Notes under the pieces: generated by a model
Told to the model about the DNA's origin: nothing
Databases searched by the model: none
Seen by the model: the letters and a program-made list of their open reading frames with translations, nothing else
Translations under genes and position numbers: made by a program
NCBI GenBank assembly: GCA_951406725.2
Contig: OX597842.1
Location: 18,600,001 to 18,664,000 of the forward strand
Direction: 5' to 3'
DNA length: 64,000 nt
DNA from: Octopus vulgaris
Lineage: Eukaryota
Shown: piece by piece, positions 29,069 through 43,253 of the stretch
Position numbering within the stretch: position 1 is the stretch's first letter
Layout: the number at the start of each line of letters is the position of its first letter

Positions 29069-30697
29069 GTCTTGCAAACAACTTGCACATGCAAGTGCTA
29101 CCAGTTAAAAGCTCCGTATACCGGAAGCTAGCAAGTGTATGGGGTCATCAGGAGAGAATGCGCGCCGTTTCGGGGCCTACCTCTCGACGGCATCAATGCG
29201 CACCGGCCCCCCTCACTGATATGAGGCCCCGCTTGCTAGATCAGCTGGTTATGAAGAACTCAATATACTTCTAGCCATCGCTCATCGTCTCTTTTTAACC
29301 AAATCCAGGGGCTAGCCTTCTCCACTGTAGATTGGATATCAGTCATGGTGGTATTGACTTTACGATGAGTTTGGCCTAGCGATAACAACAGTCGTCTCAC
29401 GCTGTATCCAACAAACATCTACATCCGAGTTCGATAGGAAAATGTTCCGCTTTCCAGCCTGCGTCCTCACATTCCTTTGAGGAGGTTTGCATAACGGTTC
29501 AATTTTCAAGCCCGAGCGGCGTCCATATTATCTTCGTGAGGAACCGTTAGCTCGACTATATTTACAACTTTCTTTCTTTCACACCACATCAAAATATCTG
29601 GTGTTTTTTTCGAAACTGGGATGGGAAAGAAAACCTGGCACCCAGGTAAAGCTGCAGTTACCTCCCAATAGCCGTTCCACTTTTCATTTTTCTCAGGAAG
29701 TTTCTTGATCTTCTTCTTGAAACGAATCCGCTGATCTGGTGGCAAGAAGGTAATGAAATCTCTTGATGGTAACTTTCAACGGTTTTTCAGTGTTGTTGAG
29801 ATGAATTTGGTTCTTGATAGCATTGAAGATAACCTTAAGGACCAAGTTGTGCCTCCATGTGTACCTGTTCAATGCTAATGAACAGTTGGAAAGAATATGT
29901 TTTAGTGTACCGACCTTTCCACATTTGCAGATGTCATTCCTAAGACATTCCATCTTACTAGATTCGTAGGTGATGGCAAAACATCATAAGATGAACGAAT
30001 CGGGAAACTCAGCCGAGATGTCGTCCACCTCCACATCTCATCCCAACTGATCTTCCTCTCGACAACATGTTCTTCCCATCTCGTCATCTGACCTTGATGA
30101 ACACATCGGGTCAAATGAAGCTCTCTTCTCTCTGCTTCTCTTGTTTTGACGCTGTTACTAACAACAGATCTGCGTTTACTCGGCATCATGCTTGCAAACG
30201 GTCTGAACTGATCTGCGCCAAAACCAAGTCCTTTCCGATGGTTCTGCGTTGCTCCCACCATATCTCTGTGTATAAGAGAAGACAAGATGTCGACAGTTTC
30301 TGCTTCTGCTTTCCACTTCCTGGCTGTTTTCACCTCTGGTGTGTTACGCCTGATTTCCATATCCTTCGATTCTCTCAGCATCATGACCGTCCGTATCTTC
30401 TCCAGCTTATATATTTCGACTGTTGATGCTATTGGTAGCTGCAACGAACCTCTTTTACGATAAAGAGCTGAGCTGTTCAACATACGAGGTAAGCCTAGCC
30501 ACTTTCTAATGAACTCATTACATTTTTGTTCAATCCTTTCAACTCGTGACAATGCTACTTCGTATATTAAAAGTGGCCACACAAGTCGCGGGTACAAGCC
30601 GAACTGCAAGCACCAAATGTTATATTTACCTGGTAACTTCGAATTATCAATCGCTGATAACCCAGCCTCGGCCTGTTTCATAATATCGCTGTCTGAC
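29069..30697 (-). mobile_element. HERO-like copy 3
   Basis: ORF 29902-30699 (265 aa) and downstream frameshifted segments; same ends as copy 1. Confidence 0.88.
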
Positions 30698-31944
30698 AAT
30701 TATTTCGGCAAAACAGCACCAAACAAAGTGCTGAGAATTATTAATAACATCGGAATAGGGGAAAGTCATGGAACATCAGCCATTGGAAGTAGGGCTCAAA
30801 CTCAGTCACAGGCCCTGGTAAATTCCAAGCAAATTTTATATATTACTTTTACTGAAAGACATCAAGCTCTTTCTTCTAAAACAGATGAAGAAGTTATTTC
30901 AAATGGAGTTTCAGGAAAGAAATCTCATAAAACAGATAACGAGGACAATTGCTTTCACAAGGCCATAGTGACCCTTGCGAGGACCTTTCCTTGGTAAGTA
31001 TTTCGGACCAACAGCGCCAGACAAAGCATTGGCAATTAATAATAACATCAGAATAAAGGAAACTGACGCAATATCAGCCATTCGATAACTCAGCTCAAAC
31101 TCAACCACAGGCCTTGGTAAATTCTACATATGAAAACACAACTCCTCAACACTACTAATCAAATATGATGAGGCCCTAATCACATGCAGTTACCGCGTTT
31201 TTCCTACTTTCAAGTTTTACCGGAAATCTAAATGAAACCTAAATAACCACACATTATATATCCACAACACCCTGTAGGAGTCTTCCCCAAAAATCCTACT
31301 TATTGAAATCAGAAATATTAAGTTTCTAAATGTTTAGAAATCTAATATTTCTGATTTTGGTGACCAGTGAATAAACTTCACTGAAAATTAGATATATATA
31401 TTTACGAAATCGAGACAGATCTCTGCGACTGGCGGGCTTCTGCTACTCTAGACCGATGATGGACAAAGATCCTGAAACATGCGTGTCTCTAGATGCAGGC
31501 CTGGCTGTTGGGGGTGTTTGTCTCCCCTTCGTAAATATATAAGGACACAGGAAGAAATGTGTCGAAGCAATCAGAAGCGTCGATGCTTCCTAGGGCTAAA
31601 CAGCGGTGATGTAATCTCCTACTATCACGTTAAACTGACAGTATACAACCATCCTACTTATTGACTTCCATAAAAACCAAAGTGGCGCAAGAAAATGTAC
31701 AACAGATCCTCTTGCAGAGACTCTATTCTAGTGGAAGATTTCCCAAAAACATAAAGGAAGGCATAATTTGTCCTTTCCATAAGGGAGTTAGTAGACAAGA
31801 GGCTATAATAGTTATACACCTGGCTTTATAGCCTTTCATGTTGACAAAAGCATGTAACATGTTGTCAGGAGAAAATTGATCGCCTTCGTAGAAGATAAAG
31901 ATTTCCGCTCCAACACCCAGCGTCGCTTCCACTCAGAAAAATTC

Positions 31945-34900
31945 CGAGATCTTAGAAAAGCCTCGGTCAAATACAGAATTATAGATGCTGTATACATTAC
32001 CAGTAATAATGCGTTTTGGGAATGAAATCCTTCTAAAAAGTTGCATCGTAACAATTAAGGGTACTGCTCTCCGGCCACGGAATGAAGCTCATTATATTCT
32101 GCATCAGGGTAGGCATAAATGCTCAAAAACCCACCGTTGCTTCCGCTCAGGAAAAAGTTGTCCCTTTCCTTTGCTTTTTAATGAAATACTTAAGAGATAT
32201 GTGTTTTCAACGGCGTAGATTACACGATCATAGACAGGCCACGGGCAAATGCAGAATTATAGATGTTGTATACGTTACCATTAATAATGCGTTTTGGGAA
32301 TGAAATCCTTCTAAAAAGTTGCATCGTAACAATTAAGGGTACTGCTCTCCGGCCACGGAATGAAGCTCATTATATTCTGCATCAGGGTAGGCATAAATGC
32401 TAAAAACCCACTGTTGCTTCCGCTCAGGAAGAAGTTGTCCCTTTCCTTTGCTTTTTAATGAAATACTTAAGAGATATGTGTTTTCAACGGCGTAGATTAC
32501 TCGATCATAGACAGGCCACGGGCAAATGCAGAATTATAGATGTTGTATACATTACCAGTAATAATGCGTTTTGGGAATAGAAATCCTTCTAAAAAGTTGC
32601 ATCGTAACAATTAAGGGTACTGCTCTCCGGCCACGGAATGAAGCTCATTATATTCTGCATCAGGGTAGGCATAAATGCTCAAAAACCCACTGTTGCCTCC
32701 GCTCAGGAAAGAGTTGTCCACTTCCTTTGCTTTTTAATGAAATACTTAAGAGATATGTGTTTTCAACGGCGTAGATTACACGATCATAGACAGGCCACGG
32801 GCAAATGCAGAATTATAGATGTTGTATACATTACCAGTAATAATGCGTTTTGGGAATGAAATACTTCTAAAAGGTTGCATCGTAACAATTAAGGGTACTG
32901 CTCACCGGCCACGTAATGAAGCTCATTATATTCTGCATCAGGGTAGGCATAAATGCTCAAAAACCCACTGTTGCCTCCGCTCAGGAAGAAGTTGTCCCTT
33001 TCCTTTGCTTTTTAATGAAATACTTAAGAGATATGTGTTTTCAACGGCGTAGATTACACGATCATAGACAGGCCACGGGCAAATGCAGAATTATAGATGT
33101 TGTATACATTACCAGTAATAATGCGTTTTGGGAATGAAATACTTCTAAAAAGTTGCATCGTAACAATTAAGGGTACTGCTCTCCGGCCACGGAATGAAGC
33201 TCATTATATTCTGCGTCAGGGTAGGCATAAATGCTAAAAAACCCACTGTTGCTTCCGCTCACGAAGAAGTTGTCCCTTTCCTTTGCTTTTTAATGAAATA
33301 CTTAAGAGATATGTGTTTTCAACGGCGTAGATTACACGATCATAGACAGGCCACGGGCAAATGCAGAATTATAGATGTTGTATACATTACCAGTAATAAT
33401 GCGTTTTGGGAATGAAATACTTCTAAAAAGTTGCATCGTAACAATTAAGGGTACTGCTCTCCGGCCATGGAATGAAGCTCATTATATTCTGCATCAGGGT
33501 AGGCATATATGCTCAAAAACCCACTGTTGCCTCCGCTCAGGAAAGAGTTGTCCCATTCCTTTGCTTTTTAATGAAATACTTAAGAGATATGTGTTTTCAA
33601 CGGCGTAGATTACACGATCATAGACAGGCCACGGGCAAATGCAGAATTATAGATGTTGTATACATTACCAGTAATAATGCGTTTGGGGAATGAAATACTT
33701 CTAAAAGGTTGCATCGTAACAATTATGGGTACTGCTCACCGGCCACGTAATGAAGCTCATTATATTCTGCATCAGGGTAGGCATAAATGCTCAAAAACCC
33801 ACTGTTGCCTCCGCTCACGAAGAAGTTGTCCCTTTCCTTTGCTTTTTAATGAAATACTTAAGAGATATGTGTTTTCAACGGCGTAGATTACACGATCATA
33901 GACAGGCCACGGGCAAATGCAGAATTATAGATGTTGTATACATTACCAGTAATAATGCGTTTTGGGAATGAAATACTTCTAAAAGGTTGCATCGTAACAA
34001 TTAAGGGTACTGCTAACCGGCCACGTAATGAAGCTCATTATATTCTGCGTCAGGTTAGGCATAAATGCTCAAAAACCCACTGTTGCCTCCGCTCAGGAAG
34101 AAGTTGTCCCTTTCCTTTGCTTTTTAATGAAATACTTAAGAGATATGTGTTTTCAACGGCGTAGATTACACGATCATAGACAGGCCACGGGCAAATGCAG
34201 AATTATAGATGTTGTATACATTACCAGTAATAATGCGTTTTGGGAATGAAATACTTCTAAAAGGTTGCATCGTAACAATTATGGGTACTGCTCACCGGCC
34301 ACGTAATGAAGCTCATTATATTCTGCATCAGGGTAGGCATAAATGCTCAAAAACCCACTGTTGCCTCCGCTCACGAAGAAGTTGTCCCTTTCCTTTGCTT
34401 TTTAATGAAATACTTAAGAGATATGTGTTTTCAACGGCGTAGATTACACGATCATAGACAGGCCACGGGCAAATGCAGAATTATAGATGTTGTATACATT
34501 ACCAGTAATAATGCGTTTTGGGAATGAAATACCTCTAAAAGGTTGCATCGTAACAATTAAGGGTACTGCTCTCCGGCCACGGAATGAAGCTCATTATATT
34601 CTGCTCCTGGGTAGGGATAAATGCTCAAAAACCCACTGTTGCCTCCGCTCAGGAAGAAGTTGTCCCTTTCCTTTGCTTTTTAATGAAATACTTAAGAGAT
34701 ATGTGTTTTCAACGGCGTAGATTACACGATCATAGACAGGCCACGGGCAAATGCAGAATTATAGATGTTGTATACATTACCAGTAATAATGCGTTTTGGG
34801 AATGAAATACTTCTAAAAGTTGCATCGTAACAATTTGGGTACTGCTCTCCGGCCACGGAATGAAGCTCATTATATTCTGCATCAGGGTAGGCATAAATGC

Positions 34901-36117
34901 TCAAAAACCCACTGTTGCTTCCGCTCACGAAGAAGTTGTCCCTTTCCTTTGCTTTTTAATGAAATACTTAAGAGATATGTGTTTTCAACGGCGTAGATTA
35001 CACGATCATAGACAGGCCACGGGCAAATGCAGAATTATAGATGTTGTATACATTACCAGTAATAATGCGTTTTGGGAATGAAATCCTTATAAAAAGTTGC
35101 ATCGTAACAATTAAGGGTACTGCTCTCCGGCCACGGAATGAAGCTCATTATATTCTGCATCAGGGTAGGCATAAATGCTCAAAAACCCACTGTTGCTTCC
35201 GCTCAGGAAGAAGTTGTCCCTTTCCTTTGCTTTTTAATGAAATACTTAAGAGATATGTGTTTTCAACGGCGTAGATTCCGCGATCATAGACAGGCCACGG
35301 GCAAATGCAGAATTATAGATGTTGTATACATTACCAGTAATAATGCGTTTTGGGAATGAAATCCTTCTAAAAAGTTGCATCGTAACAATTAATGGTACTG
35401 CTCTCCGGCCACGGAATGAAGCTCATTATATTCAGCATCAGGGTAGGCATAAATGCTCAAAAACCCACCGTTGCTTCCGCTCAGGAAGAAGTTGTCCCTT
35501 TCCTTTGCTTTTTAATGAAATACTTAAGAGATATGTGTTTTCAACGGCGTAGATTACACGATCATAGACAGGCCACGGGCAAATGCAGAATTATAGACGT
35601 TGTATACATTACCAGTAATAATGTATTTTGGGAATGAAATCCTTATAAAAAGTTGCATCGTAACAATTAAGGGTACTGCTCTCCGGCCACGGAATGAAGC
35701 TCATTATATTCTGCATCAGGGAAGGCATAAATGCTAAAAAACCCACTGTTGCTTCCGCTCAGGAAGAAGTTGTCCCTTTCCTTTGCTTTTTAATGAAATA
35801 CTTAAGAGATATGTGTTTTCAACGGCGTAGATTACACGATCATAGACAGGCCACGGGCAAATGCAGAATTATAGATGTTGTATACATTACCATTAATAAT
35901 GCGTTTTGGGAATGAAATCCTTATAAAAAGTTGCATCGTAACAATTAAGGGTACTGCTCTCCGGCCACGGAATGAAGCTCATTATATTCTGCATCAGGGT
36001 AGGCATAAATGCTCAAAAACCCAGTGTTGCTTCCGCTCAGGAAGAAGTTGTCCCTTTCCTTTGCTTTTTAATGAAATACTTAAGAGATATGTGTTTTCAA
36101 CGGCGTAGATTACACGA
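31945..36117 (+). repeat. 278-bp satellite block, ~15 monomers
   Basis: Period 278 from 32082 to 35972; one unit is ~2 bp short near 34.8 kb. Confidence 0.97.
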
Positions 36118-37073
36118 ATATTGCTCCAAAGGGAATGGCACACCAATAGAAAAATATAATTCCCCGTGATGCAAGAATTCGAATACGATGTCGAGCAGAG
36201 GCTAAACGATGTACATCTGTCTCTCTAGCCTTTCATGTTGACAAAATCATAGAACTCGTTGTCAGCAGAAAACTAATAGAATTCCTTGAAGATAAAGACT
36301 TCCGCTCTGAAACCCAGCGTCGATTCGAATCAGGAAGAAGTTTAATCTTTCCTTTGCTTTTCAATGAAATACGCAAGAGATACGTTTTCAACTGCATAGA
36401 TTACACAAAAATTGTCTTCTTGTATATACTGTAAATATCCAAAGTCGAGGTTCAGAAGAATTTACACAGTAACCACCAGCAATTGCATAGGAGAATACCG
36501 AGCTCTTACACAGGCCACGGGCAAATGCAGAATTATAGATGTTGGATACATTACAAGTTATAATGCGTTTGGGGAATAAAAACTTTCTAAAAAGTTGCAT
36601 CGTAAAATTTCACAGAACTTCTCTCCGGTGACACGATGAAGCTCATTATATTCTGCTCCTGGGTAGGGATAAATGTGACAGAAAAAATGTATAGCTAAAC
36701 AAAATGCGTTGAAGGACAGACCAAAGAAATCACACATTCCGGTGGAATACCGTTTCTGTTGAGCCAACGTTTAAGACGAATTCATGTCTTGCTGATTATT
36801 AGCAAAAATCACTTCATGACCAGGTTAATATTATAAATCTGATGGCATTTTACTTGAACGGAAAGGAGATTAAATTTTCCAATGGCTGATATTGCATAAA
36901 ATTTACTGAAATTTTATATATTACTTTTACTGAAAAACATCAAGCTCTTTCTTCTAAAACAGATGAAGAAGTTATTTCAAACGGAGTTTCAGGAAAGAAA
37001 TCTCATAAAACAGATAACGAGGACAATTGCTTTCACAAGGCCGTAGTGACCTTTGCGAGGACCTTTCCTTGGT

Positions 37074-38702
37074 GTCTTGCAAACAACTTGCACATGCAAG
37101 TGCTACCAGTTAAAAGCTCCGTATACCGGAAGCTAGCAAGTGTATGGGGTCATCAGGAGAGAATGCGCGCCGTTTCGGGGCCTACCTCTCGACGGCATCA
37201 ATGCGCACCGGCCCCCCTCACTGATATGAGGCCCCGCTTGCTAGATCAGCTGGTTATGAAGAACTCAATATACTTCTAGCCATCGCTCATCGTCTCTTTT
37301 TAACCAAATTCAGGGGCTAGCCTTCTCCACTGTAGATTGGATATCAGTCATGGTGGTATTGACTTTACGATGAGTTAGGCCTAGCGATAACAACAGTCGT
37401 CTCACGCTGTATCCAACAAACCCTCTACATCCGAGTTCGATAGGAAAATGTTCCGCTTTCCAGCCTGCGTCCTCACATTCCTTTGAGGAGGTTTGCATAA
37501 CGGTTCAATTTTTCGAGCCCGAGCGGCGTCCATATTATCTTCGTGAGGAACCGTTAGCTCGACTATATTTACAACTTTCTTTCTTTCACACCACATCAAA
37601 ATATCCGGTGTTTTCGAAACTGGGATGGGAAAGAAAACCTGGCACCCAGGTAAAGCTGCAGTTACCTCCCAATAGCCGTTCCACTTTTCATTTTTCTCAG
37701 GAAGTTTCTTGATCTTCTTCTTGAAACGAATCCGCTGATCTGGTGGCAAGAAGGTAATGAAATCTCTTGATGGTAACTTTCAACGGTTTTTCAGTGTTGT
37801 TGAGATGAATTTGGTTCTTGATAGCATTGAAGATAACCTTAAGGACCAAGTTGTGCCTCCATGTGTACCTGTTCAATGCTAATGAACAGTTGGAAAGAAT
37901 ATGTTTTAGTGTACCGACCTTTCCACATTTGCAGATGTCATTCTCTAAGACATTCCATCTTACTAGATTCGTAGGTGATGGCAAAACATCATAAGATGAA
38001 CGAATCGGGAAACTCAGCCGAGATGTCGTCCACTTCCACATCTCATCCCAACTTATCTTCCTCTCAACAACATGTTCTTCCCATCTCGTCATCTGACCTT
38101 GATGAACACATCGGATCAAATGAAGCTCTCTTCTCTCTGCTTCTCTTGTTTTGACGCTGTTACTAACAACAGATCTGCGTTCACTCGGCATCATGCTTGC
38201 AAACGGTCTGAACTGATCTGCGCCAAAACCAAGTCCTTTCCGATGGTTCTGCGTTGCTCCCACCATATCTCTGTGTATAAGAGAAGACAAGATGTAGTCA
38301 GTTTCTGCTTCTGCTTTCCACTTCCTGGCTGTTTTCACCTCTGGTGGGTTACGCCTGATTTCCATATCCTTCGATTCTCTCAGCATCATGACCGTCCGTA
38401 TCTTCTCCAGCTTATATATTTCGACTATTGATGCTATTGGTAGCTGCAACGAACCTCTTTTACGATAAAGAGCTGAGCTGTTCAACATACGAGGTAAGCC
38501 TAGCCACTTTCTAATGAACACATTACATTTTTGTTCAATCCTTTCAACTCGTGACAATGCTACTTCGTATATTAAAAGTGGCCACACAAGTCGTTGGTAC
38601 AAGCCGAACTGCAAGCACCAAATTTTATATTTACCTGGTAACTTCGAATTATCAATCGCTGATAACCCAGCCTCGGCCTGTTTCATAATTTCGCTGTCTG
38701 AC
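37074..38702 (-). mobile_element. HERO-like copy 4 (longest ORF 37697-38704, 335 aa)
   Basis: Post-RT linker and zinc knuckle in one frame, RLE frameshifted; no RT catalytic core. Confidence 0.9.
37133..37244 (-). ncRNA. Candidate permuted hammerhead-like RNA in the HERO-like 3' UTR (representative of 11 copies)
   Basis: Minus strand: ctagcaag c gggg cctca tatcag tgagg ggggcc ggtgcgcattgat GCCGTC gagag gta ggcccc GAAACGGC gcgcatt ctctc CTGATGA cccc ataca cttgctag. Confidence 0.5.
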
Positions 38703-40344
38703 AATTATTTCGGCACATCAGGACCAAACAAAGTGCTGAGAATTATTAATAACATCGGAATAGGGGAAAGTCATGGAACATCAGCCATTGGAAAGTAGGG
38801 CTCAAACTCAGTCACAGGCCCTGGTAAATTCCAAGCAAATTTTATATATTACTTTCACTGAAAAACATCAAGCTCTTTCTTCTAAAACAGATGAAGAAGT
38901 TATTTCAAACGGAGTTTCAGGAAAGAAATCTCATAAAACAGATAACGAGGACAATTGCTTTCACAAGGCCATAGTGACCCTTGCGAGGACCTTTCCTTGG
39001 TAAGTATTTCGGACCAACAGCGCCAGACAAAGCATTGGCAATTAATAATAACATCAGGACAAAGGAAACTGACGCAATATCAGCAATTGGATAACTCAGC
39101 TCAAACTCAATCACAGGCCTTGGTAAATTCTACTTATTAAAACACAACTCCTCAACACTACTAATCAAATATGATGAGGCCCTAATCACATGCAGTTACC
39201 GCGTTTTTCATACTTTCAAGTTTTACCGGAAATCTAAATGAAACCTAAATAAGCACACATTATGGAAGCACTCCGTCGGTTGCGACGACGAGGGTTCCGG
39301 TTGATCCGATAAACGGAAGAGCCTGCTCGTGAAATTAACGTGCAAGTGCTGAGCACTCCACAGACACGTGTACCCTTAACGTAGTTCTCGGGGATATTCA
39401 GCGTGACACAAAGAGTGACAAGGCCGGCCCTTTTGAAATACAGGTACAACATAAACAGGAAGTAAGAATGAGAGAAAGTTGTGGTGAAAGAGTACAGCAG
39501 GGATCACCACCATCCCCTGCCGGAGCCTCGTGGAGCTTTTAGGTGTTTTCGCTCAATAAACACTCACAACACCCAGTCTGGGAATCGAAACCGCGATCCT
39601 ACGACCGCGTGTCCGCTGCCCTAACCACTGGGCCATTGCGCCTCCCCCACACATTATATATCCACAACACCCAGTAGGTATTCCCCCACAATCCTACTTA
39701 TTGAAATCAGAAATATTAAATTTCTAAATGTTTAGAAATCTAATATTTCTGATTTTGGTGATCAGTGAATAAACTTCACAGAAAATTAGATATATATATT
39801 TTTACGTAATCGAGACAGATGTCTGCGGCTGGCGGGCTTCTGCTACTCTAGACCGATGATGGACAAATATCCTGAAACATGCGTGTCTCTAGATGCAGGC
39901 CTGGCTGCTGGGGGTGTTTGTCTCCCCTTCCTAAATATATAAGGACACAGGGAAAAAATGTGTCGAAACCATCAGGAAGCGTCGATGCTTCCTAGGGCTA
40001 AACAGCGGTGGTGTAATCCCCTACTGTCACGTTAAATTGACAGTATACAACCATCCTACTTATTGACTTCCATAAAAACCAAAGTGGCGCAAGAAAATGT
40101 ACAACAGATCCTCTTGCAGAGACTCTATTCTAGTGGAAGATTTCCCAAAAACATAAAGGAAGGCATAATTTGTCCTTTCCATAAGGGAGTTAGTAGACAA
40201 GATGCTATAAAAGTTATACACCTGGCTTTAAAGCCTTTCATGTTGAAAAAATCATGTAACATGTTGTCAGGAGAAAATTGATCGCCTTCGTAGAAGATAA
40301 AGATTTCCGCTCCAACACCCAGCGTCGCTTCCACTCAGAAAAAT

Positions 40345-42297
40345 TCCGAGATCTTAGAAAAGCCTCGGTCAAATACAGAATTATAGATGTTGTATACATT
40401 ACCAGTAATAATGCGTTTTGGGAATGAAATCCTTCTAAAAAGTTGCATCGTAACAATTAAGGGTACTGCTCTCCGGCTACGGGATGAAGCTAATAATATT
40501 CTGCATCAGGGAAGGCATAAATGCTCAAAAACCCACTGTTGCTTCCGCCCAGGAAGAAGTTGTCCCTTTCCTTTGCTTTCTAATGAAATACTTAAGAGAT
40601 ATGTGTTTTCAACGGCGTAGATTACCCGATCATAGACAGGCCACGGGCAAATGCAGAATTATAGATGTTGTATACATTACCAGTAATAATGCGTTTTGGG
40701 AATGAAATCCTTCTAAAAAGTTGCATCGTAACAATTAAGGGTACTGCGCTCCGGCTACGGGATGAAGCTAATTATATTCTGCATCAGGGTAGGCATAAAT
40801 GCTCAAAAACCCACTGTTGCTTCCGCTCAGGAAGAAGTTGTCCCTTTCCTTTGCTTTTTAATGAAATACTTAAGAGATATGTGTTTTCAACGGCGTAGAT
40901 TACCCGATCTTAGACAGGCCACGGGCAAATGCAGAATTATAGATGTTGTATACATTACCAGTAATAATGCGTTTTGGGAATGAAATCCTTCTAAAAAGTT
41001 GCATCGTAACAATTAAGGGTACTGCTCTCCGGCTACGGGATGAAGCTCATTATATTCTGCATCAGGGTAGGCATAAATGCTCAAAAACCCAGTGTTGCTT
41101 CCGCTCAGGAAGAAGTTGTCCCTTTCCTTTGCTTTTTAATGAAATACTTAAGAGATATGTGTTTTCAACGGCGTAGATTACCCGTTCCTAGACAGGCCAC
41201 GGGCAAATGCAGAATTATAGATGTTGTATACATTACCAGTAATAATGCGTTTTGGGAATGAAATCCTTCTAAAAAGTTGCATCGTAACAATTAAGGGTAC
41301 TGCTCTCCGGCCACGGAATGAAGCTCATTATATTCTGCATCAGGGTAGGCATAAATGCTCAAAAACCCACTGTTGCCTCTGCTCAGGAAGAAGTTGTCCC
41401 TTTCCTTTGCTTTTTAATGAAATACTTAAGAGATATGTGTTTTCAACGGCGTAGATTACACGATCTTAGACAGGCCACGGGCAAATGCAGAATTATAGAT
41501 GTTGTATACATTACCAGTAATAATGCGTTTTGGGAATGAAATCCTTCTAAAAAGTTGCATTGTAACAATTGACGGTACTGCTCTCCGGCCACGGAATGAA
41601 GCTCATTATATTCTGCATCAGGGTAGGCATAAATGCTCAAAAACCCACTGTTGCCTCTGCTCGGGAAGAAGTTGTCCCTTTCCTTTGCTTTTTAATGAAA
41701 TACTTAAGAGATATGTGTTTTCAACGGCGTAGATTACACGATCTTAGACAGGCCACGGGCAAATGCAGAATTATAGATGTTGTATACATTACCAGTAATA
41801 ATGCGTTTTGGGAATGAAATCCTTCTAAAAAGTTGCATCGTAACAATTAAGGGTACTGCTCTCCGGCCACGGAATGAAGCTCATTATATTCTGCATCAGG
41901 GTAGGCATAAATGCTCTAAAACCCACTGTTGCTACCGCTCAGGAAGAAGTTGTCCCTTTCCTTTGCTTTTTAATGAAATACTTAAGAGATATGTGTTTTC
42001 AACGGCGTAGATTACCCGATCATAGACAGGCCACGGGCAAATGCAGAATTATAGATGTTGTATACATTACCAGCAATAATGCGTTTTGGGAATGAAATCC
42101 TTCTAAAAAGTTGCATCGTAACAATTAAGGGTAACGCTCTCCGGCCACGGAATGAAGCTCATTATATTCTGCATCAGGGTAGGCATAAATGCTCAAAAAC
42201 CCAGTGTTGCTTCCGCTCAGGAAGAAGTTGTCCCTTTCCTTTGCTTTTTAATGAAATACTTAAGAGATATGTGTTTTCAGCGGCGTAGGTTACACGA
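40345..42297 (+). repeat. 278-bp satellite block, ~7 monomers
   Basis: Period 278 from 40484 to 42152. Confidence 0.97.
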
Positions 42298-43253
42298 ATA
42301 TTGCTCCAAAGGGAATGGCACACCAATAGAAAAATATCATTGCCCGTGATGCAAGAATTCGAATAAGATGTCGAGCAGAGGCTAAACGATGTACATCTGT
42401 CTCTCTAGCCTTTCATGTTGACAAAATCATAGAACTCGTTGTCAGCAGAAAACTAATAGAATTCCTTGAAGATAAAGACTTCCGCTCTGAAACCCAGCGT
42501 CGATTCGAATCAGGAAGAAGTTTAATCTTTCCTTTGCTTTTCAATGAAATACGCAAGAGATACGTTTTCAACTGCATAGATTACACAAAAATTGTCTTCT
42601 TGTATATACTGTAAATATCCAAAGTCGAGGTTCAGAAGAATTTACACAGTAACCACCAGCAATTGCATAGGAGAATACCGAGCTCTTACACAGGCCACGG
42701 GCAAATGCAGAATTATAGATGTTGGATACATTACAAGTTATAATGCGTTTGGGGAATAAAAACTTTCTAAAAAGTTGCATCGTAAAATTTCACAGAACTT
42801 CTCTCCGGTGACACGATGAAGCTCATTATATTCTGCTCCTGGGTAGGGATAAATGTGACAGAAAAAATGTATAGCTAAACAAAATGCGTTGAAGGACAGA
42901 CCAAAGAAAGCACACATTCCGGTGGAATACCGTTTCTGTTGAGCCAATGTTTAAGACGAATTCATGTCTTGCTGATTATTAGCAAAAATCACTTCATGAC
43001 CAGGTTAATATTATAAATCTGATGGCATTTTACTTGAACGGAAAGGAGATTAAATTTTCCAATGGCTGATATTGCATAAAACTTACTGAAATTTTATATA
43101 TTACTTTTACTGAAAGACATCAAGCTCTTTCTTCTAAAACAGATGAAGAAGTTATTTCAAACGGAGTTTCAGGAAAGAAATCTCATAAAACAGATAACGA
43201 GGACTATTGCTTTCACAAGGCCATAGTGACCCTTGCGAGGACCTTTCCTTGGT

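Noticed and set aside
37074-38704. Autonomous retrotransposon or functional nuclease gene
   Set aside because: All copies lack the RT catalytic core and have a frameshift between the zinc knuckle and RLE regions.
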